DNA of 48,486 nucleotides, taken from NCBI GenBank assembly GCA_040752415.1, contig JBFMGU010000053.1, positions 1 through 48,486 on the forward strand. The letters are read 5' to 3'. The notes below the pieces were generated by a model that saw only the letters and a program-made list of their open reading frames with translations, was not told where the DNA came from and did not search any database. The position numbers and the translations under genes are program-made. The DNA comes from Myxococcota bacterium (lineage in GTDB: Bacteria > Myxococcota > JACRCW01). This document shows positions 17,507-26,384 of the stretch, piece by piece (the stretch's first letter is position 1; each line of letters begins with the position of its first letter).

Positions 17507-19060
17507 ATGAGACACCCCAAGCTCCTCGTGGTCACCCTGGGATTGGCCCTGGCCTGCACCGTGGATCCCGCCGCCAAGCGTGACGACGAGGTGCCGACGG
17601 ACCGCGACGCGGGAGGCGCGCACGGCTCCGACGGTGGCTCGAGCGGAGGCGTGGACGCGGGCGGGGTCGTCGACGGGCCGGACGCGGGTGGGCCCAGCGA
17701 CGCGGGCTGGGAGCCGGACCCCCTCTGCCAGGACGGGCCCAACAAGATCGATCTCCGTCGTCACACCGTGGTCAACGGCACGCGTGAGCCCACCCACGTT
17801 CCGCTCACGCTCGCGCAGCAGACGGCGGTGGTGGGCATCACCTCGGATACGCCCTACGACGCGTTCTGCACGGGCACCCTGATCTCCGACAAGATCATCC
17901 TCACCGCCCAGCACTGCACCGACGGGACCGCGGGCGACAACTTCTACGCACTCTTCGGCCCCGACGACGGCAACCCGCAGCTCGGCGTGCCGTCCGTACG
18001 CAAACGCGAGCATCCCACACTGGACATGGCGCTCATCGAGCTGGCCTACGCGCCGGCCACGCAGATCGACGTCACGCCGATTCCCATTGCGCTCGAGGAT
18101 CTCACCAGCGCGGACTTTGGCATCACCGTGGAGCAGGCGGGCTACGGACGCACGCAGACCGGCAACTCCGACGGGCGCTACTTCGTGGCGGAGGTGCTGT
18201 ACGGATTCGAGGGTGAGGCGGACAAGCTGGTGGTCAACGGGGAGGGCGTGCACGGTGTGTGTTACGGCGACTCCGGCGGCCCGTCCATGCGCATTGCGAC
18301 GGCGGGTGACACGCGCGTGATTGGCGCGTTGTCGTGGGGAGATGACAGCTGCGTGGGGCTGGACCGCTACACCCGCACCGACGTGGCGCGCGCCTGGATC
18401 GAGGAATGGACCGGGCCCACGCCGGGGGCGGGACCCCAGCCGTGTGGCTTCGAGACCTCGGAAGGACACTGCGCGCTCGACGGAACCAGCGCCACCTGGT
18501 GTGAGAACGACCTGCTGCAACACGCGGCGTGTGGGTCGGGGCAGCGCTGTGGTTGGTCCACCGCTGCCAGCGGATGGCGCTGCGTCGCCCCCGCCGAGGA
18601 TCCGTGTCAGGGACTGCTGCCGTATGGTGAGTGCGACGGGCAGGTGCTGCGCTGGTGTCGCCAAGGAGAGCTGCTGCAGCGGGATTGCTCGTCGTGCGGG
18701 GAGCGTTGCGTGCTGGGTGAAGGGCAGGTGGGTTACGTGTGTGTGCCCAGCAACTGCGGAGACGTGGACTACCGGGGCCGCTGCAATGGCGAGGTGGCCG
18801 AGTGGTGCAATGAGCAGCAGCAGCTCCAGACGCGGGACTGCGCCGCGCAGGGACTGGATTGCCGCTACGTGAACCCGCAGGTGGGCTACTTCTGTGGTGA
18901 CCCGGGCAACTGTGGCGACGTCGACTACCTGGGGCGCTGCGAAGGAGATGTGGCGCAGTGGTGTCGCAACGAGACCCTGCGCTCCAAGGATTGCGCCGCG
19001 GACGGTCAGGTTTGTCGCTACGTGGACGACGAGACGGGCTATTACTGCGCCGACCCCTGA
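17507..19060 (+). CDS. Trypsin-like (S1) serine protease lipoprotein with Cys-rich C-terminal repeats
   Basis: LTAQHC, DMALI and CYGDSGGP triad; lipobox ALA-C; four ~45-aa Cys repeats. Confidence 0.92.
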   Translation: MRHPKLLVVTLGLALACTVDPAAKRDDEVPTDRDAGGAHGSDGGSSGGVDAGGVVDGPDAGGPSDAGWEPDPLCQDGPNKIDLRRHTVVNGTREPTHVPLTLAQQTAVVGITSDTPYDAFCTGTLISDKIILTAQHCTDGTAGDNFYALFGPDDGNPQLGVPSVRKREHPTLDMALIELAYAPATQIDVTPIPIALEDLTSADFGITVEQAGYGRTQTGNSDGRYFVAEVLYGFEGEADKLVVNGEGVHGVCYGDSGGPSMRIATAGDTRVIGALSWGDDSCVGLDRYTRTDVARAWIEEWTGPTPGAGPQPCGFETSEGHCALDGTSATWCENDLLQHAACGSGQRCGWSTAASGWRCVAPAEDPCQGLLPYGECDGQVLRWCRQGELLQRDCSSCGERCVLGEGQVGYVCVPSNCGDVDYRGRCNGEVAEWCNEQQQLQTRDCAAQGLDCRYVNPQVGYFCGDPGNCGDVDYLGRCEGDVAQWCRNETLRSKDCAADGQVCRYVDDETGYYCADP

Positions 19061-19075
19061 ACCCGGAGTGCGCAC

Positions 19076-19912
19076 GTGCCTGAGCTGCCGGAAGTGGAAT
19101 TGCACCGCCGCCACCTTGAGGCCTGGTTGGCGGGACACACTGTTGTCGACGTCAAGTTGAAGCCCGCGGGCCTGCTGGGCGGTGTCACCGCGCCGCAGCT
19201 CATCAAGCGTCTCACCGGGGCGGAGATGGGGGTGCCGCTCCGACGGGGGAAGCACCTGGCGCTGCCCGTGGCGTCGGGAGGCGCGCTGTACATGCACCTG
19301 GGCATGACCGGCCACCTGACGCGTCGCTGGGCGGATGCGCCGGAGCCGCGCTTCCTGACGCTGTCATTGCTTCTCGACGACGGACACGCCGTGGAGCTCA
19401 CCGACGCGCGCCGTTTCTCCAAGCTGGGCTGGCTCAAGACCACGAACATCGACGAGGAGGAGCCGTTCGCCAGCCTGGGCCCGGACCTGCTGACCGCCCG
19501 TCCCGACGCAAAAGCGCTGCACGCGCTCCTCCAGAAGCGACGCACACCCATCAAGTTGGCGCTGATGGACCAGGCGCTGCTGGCGGGGCTGGGCAACATC
19601 CACGCCGCGGAGGTGCTGTGGCGCGCCAGGATCCATCCCGCCACGCCGGCCAACACCCTCGACGTCAAACAGGCCGCCGCGTTGCTCAAGGGCATTGACG
19701 CCACCTTCAAGCTGGTGCTGGACCACGACGAGGGGGAGGGCGTGACCTACGTGGAGGAGCCTGGCGCGCCCAACCCGTTCAAGGTCTACGCGCGTGACGA
19801 CGAGCCCTGTCCGCGCTGCAAGAAGAAGATCGCCGGGTTCACGCAGGGCGGGCGCACCACGTATTTCTGCGCGGCGTGTCAGCCGGCCCCGCGCGCTCCT
19901 CGTCAGAAGTAG
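19076..19912 (+). CDS. mutM: Formamidopyrimidine-DNA glycosylase (Fpg/Nei family)
   Basis: MPELPEVE N-terminus, RRGKHL, HLGMTG, H2TH GLGNIHAAE, zinc finger CPRC..CAACQ. Confidence 0.92.
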   Translation: MPELPEVELHRRHLEAWLAGHTVVDVKLKPAGLLGGVTAPQLIKRLTGAEMGVPLRRGKHLALPVASGGALYMHLGMTGHLTRRWADAPEPRFLTLSLLLDDGHAVELTDARRFSKLGWLKTTNIDEEEPFASLGPDLLTARPDAKALHALLQKRRTPIKLALMDQALLAGLGNIHAAEVLWRARIHPATPANTLDVKQAAALLKGIDATFKLVLDHDEGEGVTYVEEPGAPNPFKVYARDDEPCPRCKKKIAGFTQGGRTTYFCAACQPAPRAPRQK

Positions 19913-22900
19913 CCAATGGCGGGGTGCAGGACCAGGCGGCGCGGCTCCGGTTGGAAGCCTCGTGAGCCGTCGAGCACGCCGTAGCCCACGTCGACAACCA
20001 GCGGCCCCACCGGCGTGTTCACGCGCGCGCCGAATCCCACGCCCGCGCTGAACTTGGATGGGTCCCAGTTGCGCCATTGCAAGAGGAGCTGTCCCGCGTC
20101 GGCAAACACCGCGCCCTCCAGCGGTCCGGCAATGGGGAAGCGCAGCTCCGAGCGGCCGTTCCAGAACACGTTGCCACCCTGGCTCACGGCGGGACGCGGA
20201 CGGCTCGGGTCGGTGTCGTCGTCGCTGGGGAGCACGCCTTCCTGCTGGAACCCGCGCACGCTGTCGGTGCCGCCCAGGTAGAAGCGCTCGAAGAGGGGCA
20301 CGTAGTGGGGCAGCGTTCCCTCGCCACTCTCGGGACCCAGCGGGAAGATGGAGCCGCCGCGCAACGAGAGGGCGAGGGTGAGCGCGCGCGTGAGCGGCAG
20401 GTACCCGGCAATGCTGCCCTGCAGTCGGACGAATGTGCTGCGCACCGCCGTGGGCGTGGGATTGGTGGCGTCACCCTGGAAGAGCACGCCGCCGCCGAGC
20501 ACCAGGTCCGCCGCCGCGGTGGCGAGATAACCGGCGTGCGGTTTGAAGATGTCGTCGCGTCCGTCGAGGATCACGGGGAGGCGCAACGTGCCCAGGCCCA
20601 GCACACCGTTGTCCAGGCGTCGCGTGTCCGTCGAGAAGTCCGCGGCGCAGGTGCGTCCCGGGGCGCTCTCCGTGCCGACGACCGACTTGAGGCTCGGCCA
20701 GCAGTTGAGCTGCGTAACCTGCACGGCTGCCGTCGGTGACGTGGACGCGCGGAGGTAGCGGAACGCGGGCGCGCGCATGTCCGACGAGAAGATGAGGCCG
20801 CCCTTGGTCAGCGTGTACGCCAGGCGGTTCGCGCGCGCGAAGAGCAGCTCGGACCGCAGGCCCATCTCCCAGGGAACGAACGGCACCTTGGGATATCCCA
20901 GCGTGAAACCGAGTTCCGCTTCCGTGTGTAGCAACGGGCTTAGGATGGGATAGGGATGCGGTCCCGGGTAATAGCCCCAGACCTGGTTCAGGTACTTGCT
21001 CACGGCGTCGTAGGCGTCGGGGCGCAGCGGGCGGAGGAAGTAGAAGTCCGGGGTCTGGTTGAATCGGTTGAGTAGGACGTCGCGCACCTCCGGGATGACG
21101 AAGGGCAGGAAGTACGCCGGGTAGGGCCAGTTGATGCGGAGGCGGAAGCCGTGCACCACGCCGAGCCCGAAGATGTTGCGGATGTTGCTGCTGAGCGCGA
21201 AGCGCGGCCCCTGCTCCGCGCTCACGCCCACCGACGTCTCTCCGTCCCAGATGCCGCGCTCCCGCACCTCCACCACCAGCGTGCGCTGTGGACCTGTCTC
21301 CTCCTTGGGCAGGAAGATGCTCACCGACGAGAAGAGCCCCAGGTTCAGCAGCTTCCGACGTGACTCCTCCAGCTCATGCAGCTGGAATTCGTCGCCCTTG
21401 CCAATGGTCATCTGCTGCCGCAGCACGATGGTGCGCGTGATGTTGTTCCCCCGGTAGACCACCTCCTTGATCGTGACGTGCTCACGCTCCGTCACCAGGT
21501 ACACCAGGTCCACCTGCCGGCGGTCCTTCTCTCCCTCCAGCGCGTCCTCGACGGTGGCGTCGGGGAATCCATGGTTGGCGTAGTGCTTCTGCAACGCCAG
21601 GCGCGCTTCCTCGACGGCAAACAGGTTCAGCGGCTGCCCCGGCTCCACGCGCAGCTTGCCAATGCCGGTTCGGGTGACGTCGAGGAGCTCGCTGGAGGGC
21701 AGGGCCTCATTGCCGCGGAAGGAGAGGCTGCGGATCTTGCTCTGCGCGCCCGGGGAGACCTTGTACTGCACGTCGACGTAGGCCCCGTCGAGCGCGTAGC
21801 TGGCCAGCGGACCTTGCACGCGCGGCTGCAGGTAACCCTGGCTGCGCAGCAGGTCCTCCATGGCGCGCGCGCCCTTCTGGAAGCGTTCGTGGTCGTAGAC
21901 CTTCTCGGCGTCGAACAGCGAGAAGAACGCGCGTGGATATTCCGGCGTGCCCTGCACGCGCGGGTCCTGGTCCTGGGGGTAGTCCCGCGCCTCGCTGTCA
22001 CCGCTGGAGAGGATGGCGTCGACGTCGGCGTTGTCGAGCGGCTGGTTGATGGTGGCGGGAGCGGGCAGGTCCTCCGCGGCGGCCAGCACGGCCTCGTCGA
22101 TCAGCGTGCGCTCCGGGATGCCCTTGTCCGCCTCTGCTTCCGCGGTCTTGTCCTCCCGGGTGGCGGAGGACCCTTCCACCTGCGGCTTTGACGTCGAGGG
22201 AGCCTTCTGCAGCTTGACGCTGCGCAGCTCGGTGAGCGGGCCCTCCTTGATGAGGAACAGCAGTCGGCGCGTCCCCTTCTCCGTCCCGGGCGCCGAGCGC
22301 GCGCGCACCTTGGCGTGGTGATAGCCCACCTCGTGGTACGCGGTGCGGATGCGGTCTTCCAGGCGGGCAGCGAGCTCGGCGTCGAGGGGGCGGTCCGGAG
22401 GGAGGGCCAGGCGGGACTTCAACGTGGCGCTGCTCAGCACGTGATTGCCGCGGAACGTCACCACCCAGCGCGGCCCGGCCTTGATGTTGATGACCACGGG
22501 AATGCGTGCGTTGACGTCGCCATTCGGCCGCAGCGGCTCGGGCTCCACGCGTGCGCTGTAGTGGCCCTTCTCGCGGTACCAGGCCAGCAGCTGCTGGGCC
22601 GCGGTCTCCAGTCGCGTGCGGGAGGCAATCTGTCCGCTGGCCATCCCCGCCTCCTCGGCGAGCATGCTCTCCGGGTAACGGGTGTCACCCCTCAGCTCCA
22701 CGCGGCCAATCACCTGCGCGCGCCCCGGCACCACCTTGATGACCAGCGCCACCGCACCTTCCGCCAGCGTCTCCGACGAGGTCTGCACCTGGGCGCGCGG
22801 ATAACCCTCCTGCGCCATGGCGATCTTGATGGCCTGCTGCACCGCCTCCAGCTTGCGCGCGTCGAGACTGTCACCCTCGCTGACCGGGAGGTCGCGACGC

Positions 22901-23358
22901 AGCGCACTGACGGGAACGTTGCCCACGCCCTCGAAGCGCACCTCGCGCACCACGTTGGAGGGGATGAGCTGCACAATGAGTCGGACGCTGTCCTCACCCT
23001 CGGAGAGCGGGACGGCAAAGATGCGCACGTCATCCAGCTTGGCCAGGAGCACCAGCCGACGCACCGCTCGACGGATGGTGGCCGCATCCAGCCGGTCCCC
23101 ACGACGGACGCCCAGCAGTTGTCGCGCGGTGTCCTGGTCCACGTTGGGCGGCGCGTCCAGCACCAGCTCCTCGATGCGCGCGCCCCACAGCTCATTCTGC
23201 GCTTCCACGTCCATGGACAGCGCCACGGGGCCCGCATCCGCGCCGACGACGGGCGCGCCTCCGTCCACCGTCGGGCCGCCGTCCTGGGCCAGGCCCTGGG
23301 CGGGTGCCAGGGCGAGGCAAAGGGCCAGCCACGCGGGCTGCAGGCACCTGCGCGCCAC
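19903..23358 (-). CDS. Omp85 family (BamA/TamA-like) outer-membrane protein with multiple POTRA domains; start approximate
   Basis: Repeated POTRA motifs (V.F.GN, GY..A.V); barrel motifs FYLGGTDSVRGF and GFGARVNTPVGP; terminal Phe; 10-bp convergent overlap with mutM. Confidence 0.9.
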   Translation of the reverse strand: MARRCLQPAWLALCLALAPAQGLAQDGGPTVDGGAPVVGADAGPVALSMDVEAQNELWGARIEELVLDAPPNVDQDTARQLLGVRRGDRLDAATIRRAVRRLVLLAKLDDVRIFAVPLSEGEDSVRLIVQLIPSNVVREVRFEGVGNVPVSALRRDLPVSEGDSLDARKLEAVQQAIKIAMAQEGYPRAQVQTSSETLAEGAVALVIKVVPGRAQVIGRVELRGDTRYPESMLAEEAGMASGQIASRTRLETAAQQLLAWYREKGHYSARVEPEPLRPNGDVNARIPVVINIKAGPRWVVTFRGNHVLSSATLKSRLALPPDRPLDAELAARLEDRIRTAYHEVGYHHAKVRARSAPGTEKGTRRLLFLIKEGPLTELRSVKLQKAPSTSKPQVEGSSATREDKTAEAEADKGIPERTLIDEAVLAAAEDLPAPATINQPLDNADVDAILSSGDSEARDYPQDQDPRVQGTPEYPRAFFSLFDAEKVYDHERFQKGARAMEDLLRSQGYLQPRVQGPLASYALDGAYVDVQYKVSPGAQSKIRSLSFRGNEALPSSELLDVTRTGIGKLRVEPGQPLNLFAVEEARLALQKHYANHGFPDATVEDALEGEKDRRQVDLVYLVTEREHVTIKEVVYRGNNITRTIVLRQQMTIGKGDEFQLHELEESRRKLLNLGLFSSVSIFLPKEETGPQRTLVVEVRERGIWDGETSVGVSAEQGPRFALSSNIRNIFGLGVVHGFRLRINWPYPAYFLPFVIPEVRDVLLNRFNQTPDFYFLRPLRPDAYDAVSKYLNQVWGYYPGPHPYPILSPLLHTEAELGFTLGYPKVPFVPWEMGLRSELLFARANRLAYTLTKGGLIFSSDMRAPAFRYLRASTSPTAAVQVTQLNCWPSLKSVVGTESAPGRTCAADFSTDTRRLDNGVLGLGTLRLPVILDGRDDIFKPHAGYLATAAADLVLGGGVLFQGDATNPTPTAVRSTFVRLQGSIAGYLPLTRALTLALSLRGGSIFPLGPESGEGTLPHYVPLFERFYLGGTDSVRGFQQEGVLPSDDDTDPSRPRPAVSQGGNVFWNGRSELRFPIAGPLEGAVFADAGQLLLQWRNWDPSKFSAGVGFGARVNTPVGPLVVDVGYGVLDGSRGFQPEPRRLVLHPAIGYF

Positions 23359-23493
23359 CGGGGGAGGAGCGGGGAGAGGACGAGCGGTACTCAGGCGTCC
23401 GTCTTGATAACCCAGGAAGGGGGCCAAGTCCGAGCTTCATGCAGGCCCAAGGATCACCATCGTGTCATGAAGGAGGGGCAGGAAGGCTCCCGG

Positions 23494-23625
23494 ATGCGGA
23501 CCACCCGCAGCGGGCTCCAGTTCGAGGACACGGAAGCCATCCGGATGGCCCGTCGCGACCGGCAACCGATTCGGTCCCGTTCCCCGCCAAGGCGGACCTG
23601 GTCTTCGAGGTCGAGCTGCTGGGCA
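23494..23625 (+). pseudogene. FKBP-type peptidyl-prolyl isomerase remnant (internal deletion and frameshift)
   Basis: Frame 1 gives MRTTRSGLQFEDT (FKBP N-terminal motif); frame 3 gives PAKADLVFEVELLG (FKBP C-terminal motif); the core between them is missing. Confidence 0.65.
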
Positions 23626-23851
23626 GTCAGAAGCGGTGCCGCTGTTGGGCCGACGGTGCTTGAACCAAAGCGGTGATTCTAACCGCACTCCCAGGGTGCC
23701 GGCGCGTTTATCCCGCTGAGATGGTGCCGGCACGCGGTCTTTTCCGACGACACACCCAGGTGCGGCGAAACGGAAATGACGGGCCGGCGGCTGCCGCACC
23801 TTTGGGAGTGCGGTCAGAATTACCGCTTTGGCTTCGCCCCCCGGCCGCGCG

Positions 23852-25024
23852 TCATTCCAACGGCATCCGGCTCTCCCACGTCGGATCGTCGTTCACCATC
23901 TTCTCGATCCACTCGACGAGCCCCGGCGTGGGCGTGGCAAGTCCGACGTGGAGCGTCCCCGCGAGGAAGTAGTAGTGCCCGTTGGGCCACTGTTCGTCCA
24001 TCTCGGCGGCCAGCACCTGCAGCTCGTTCCAGAACGTGGTGGGGAGCAGGCCCATGAACGTGGTGATCACGGAATCATGCGAGTACGAAATCAGCCCGAA
24101 GCGGTTGTCCGGGTATTTCTCGCGCAGGTACTCGGCGAAGACGCTGACGTCGTCACCACAGGTGGGGCAGTCGGCCGGGAACTGCAGGTTCCACGCTTCC
24201 TTCCAGCTCTGCCAGCGCGCCGGGTCCGGCGGGATGGGCTGGCCGGAGTCATCCAGCACGTCGACCCGCGCATTCGGGAAGCGCTGCTGCACCCGGTCCA
24301 TGTTGATGGCCGAGCCGAACCCGCCCGCGCTGTCGCCGGCGAGCCAGACGCGCTGCACCGAGGGGAACGTGGCCGCCACACGCTCGAGGATCTTGTTGAG
24401 GTTGCGCGCGCCCACGTGGTGCGTGACGTGCCGGGTGCCCAGGTACTCGTAGTCGACGATGCGGTCGCCAGAGTGCACGTCACCGGTGCAGTAGGGCACG
24501 TAGATGATGTTCATGTTGCGGAACGGGTTCAGCGGATCATTGCGACGCAGCGGCAACAGCGCCGGCCGCAGCACATCCAGCGCAAACTCCGTCCGTCCGT
24601 ACCCGGTGGCAACGTAGAACGCGGTGTTGACGGTGTAGCAGCTCGGCCCGTCCCAGCACGCCCCTCCGCCCTGCAGGAAGATCAGCACCTTGTCATCGGA
24701 GCCCTCGACGAGGTTCACGCCAATCCCCGTCGGCGTCCCGTTGGCGCACTTGGCACCTTCAATGTCCACCCAGGTCCACTCGCCATACGGCGCGCTCAGC
24801 GGCTCCGCGGTGGTCCCGGTGCCACCGTCGGAGGACCCGGCATCGGCTTCACCCGCGTCGGGCGCGCCCGCATCCGGCGACTCCTCCACGATGCCCACCC
24901 CGCCATCCGGCTGCGTGCCACCAGGGGCGCCACCCTCGTCGCCACCCTCCGCGCCCGCATCCACGCCACACGCCGCCAGTCCCACCACCAGCAGCCACCT
25001 GCCGCCGCGCACCATCCGCCCCAT
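23852..25024 (-). CDS. Pectinacetylesterase/Notum family hydrolase lipoprotein
   Basis: C.NG.P, FLQGGGACW, VPYCTGDVH, nucleophile GDSAGG; lipobox LAA-C; GGAGGA RBS. Confidence 0.9.
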   Translation of the reverse strand: MGRMVRGGRWLLVVGLAACGVDAGAEGGDEGGAPGGTQPDGGVGIVEESPDAGAPDAGEADAGSSDGGTGTTAEPLSAPYGEWTWVDIEGAKCANGTPTGIGVNLVEGSDDKVLIFLQGGGACWDGPSCYTVNTAFYVATGYGRTEFALDVLRPALLPLRRNDPLNPFRNMNIIYVPYCTGDVHSGDRIVDYEYLGTRHVTHHVGARNLNKILERVAATFPSVQRVWLAGDSAGGFGSAINMDRVQQRFPNARVDVLDDSGQPIPPDPARWQSWKEAWNLQFPADCPTCGDDVSVFAEYLREKYPDNRFGLISYSHDSVITTFMGLLPTTFWNELQVLAAEMDEQWPNGHYYFLAGTLHVGLATPTPGLVEWIEKMVNDDPTWESRMPLE

Positions 25025-25081
25025 GAAAGCGTCCTCCCACAACCCGGGCCCCGCCCAGGCGCCGCGCACCATGCCTGCCTA

Positions 25082-25096
25082 TTGAACAAAGTTCAA
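25082..25096. promoter_or_regulatory. Putative TetR operator TTGAAC-AAA-GTTCAA overlapping the -35 of the esterase promoter
   Basis: Perfect 6-3-6 palindrome; on the minus strand TTGAAC-17 bp-CATGGT; same arms at 25787-25801. Confidence 0.7.
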
Positions 25097-25103
25097 GAGG
25101 GTC

Positions 25104-25766
25104 TCATCCGGCAACAAGCGGAGTCCACCCGTTGGATCCGGCGGCCTGCGGCCCGGTCATGGCAAACCGCACGGCGGTGAGCAGCATCTCCACCAGCATC
25201 TCGCGCAGCACCCCCAGATCCACGTCCTGGTGATCCACGTGGTCCACGGCGGTGGCCTCCACGAAGCCCAGCCAGCCTCGCAGCGCGGCGCGCAGGCGCG
25301 GGCCCGGCTGCTCCACTCCCACGTCGGCCAGGAGGCGCTTGATGAACCGCTTGCGCGTGTCCTCCACGATGCGCCCCACCGCCGCGTCGTTGCCAATGCC
25401 GCCGCGCAGCAGGGCCGCGTACGCCGGGCCGTTCTCCTGCACGTAGCGGAGGTATCCGTCGAGGCCGGCGCGCAGTCGGTCCATGGGTGACCCAGCGTCG
25501 GGGGCGCGGGTCATCTCCAGCAACCGACGCGCGGACTGCTCGATGACGGCGACGTAGAAGTCCCGCTTCGTCGGGAAGTAGTGGTACAGCAGGCCCTTGG
25601 AGATGCCCGCGGCCTTGGCCACGTCGTCAATGGAGACTTCGTCGTAGGCTTGCCGCGTGAAGAAGGTCCCTCCCAGCGCCAGCAGCTGCGCGCGACGTTC
25701 ATCCACGTCCAGGCGGGTCCGGGGTGGCGGGGCGGGCTTGCGTCGCGGCGCGCGGGCGGTGGCCAT
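25104..25766 (-). CDS. TetR/AcrR family transcriptional regulator
   Basis: HTH: SIDDVAKAAGISKGLLYHYFPTK. Confidence 0.95.
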   Translation of the reverse strand: MATARAPRRKPAPPPRTRLDVDERRAQLLALGGTFFTRQAYDEVSIDDVAKAAGISKGLLYHYFPTKRDFYVAVIEQSARRLLEMTRAPDAGSPMDRLRAGLDGYLRYVQENGPAYAALLRGGIGNDAAVGRIVEDTRKRFIKRLLADVGVEQPGPRLRAALRGWLGFVEATAVDHVDHQDVDLGVLREMLVEMLLTAVRFAMTGPQAAGSNGWTPLVAG

Positions 25767-25786
25767 GCGCGGGATGTAGGTCAGAA

Positions 25787-25801
25787 TTGAACCGGGTTCA
25801 A
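25787..25801. promoter_or_regulatory. Putative TetR autoregulatory operator TTGAAC-CGG-GTTCAA
   Basis: Perfect 6-3-6 palindrome 20 bp upstream of the tetR ATG; on the minus strand TTGAAC-17 bp-TACATC-6 bp-ATG. Confidence 0.7.
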
Positions 25802-25808
25802 CAGCGGG

Positions 25809-26384
25809 TCACTTGTCCCAGACCAGGACCCACTCGCGCGCCTTGTGGACCACGCGCCCGCCGGGGACCGCCGCCAGCAGCGCGCTGAGGTCGTCGCCGT
25901 TGAGCCGCCCGCGCGAGGAGCCGTCGCCGGGGTCGGAGATCCACGCGCTCAGGCGCGCCAGCGGGCCAACGCGGCTGGCGGTCACGTTCTCCACCGGCTC
26001 GGTCAGGATGAGTCGCCGCGTGGCGGCCTGCAGCGCCCGACGCACCATCTCCACGTGCTCCGGCATGAAGTGGTACAGCGAGGCCATCATGACCACGGTG
26101 CCGCCGCAGGGGAGCTGTCGTCGCAGGTCGGCGTGCAGCGTGGCCACGCCCTGGCGCCACAGCTTGCGCAGGAAGACCTCGTTGGTGTCCACGGCCAGGT
26201 ACGGTGTTCCCGGCGGGAGGTAACGGCGCAGGCGACCATCCCCGGCGCACAGGTCAATGACGTCGGAGCCGGGCGGCACGTGCGCGGCCACCACGCGGTA
26301 ACGCTCCTCGAATCCGCTCTTGCCGTAGAGCCGACGCATGGCCAGCTTGTAGAGGGCAGGGTGCCAGTAGACCGGACCTCTCAC
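25809..26384 (-). CDS. Class I SAM-dependent methyltransferase
   Basis: VIDLCAGDG motif I, YLAVD motif II, SLYHF; GTGA overlap with the upstream gene. Confidence 0.8.
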   Translation of the reverse strand: MRGPVYWHPALYKLAMRRLYGKSGFEERYRVVAAHVPPGSDVIDLCAGDGRLRRYLPPGTPYLAVDTNEVFLRKLWRQGVATLHADLRRQLPCGGTVVMMASLYHFMPEHVEMVRRALQAATRRLILTEPVENVTASRVGPLARLSAWISDPGDGSSRGRLNGDDLSALLAAVPGGRVVHKAREWVLVWDK

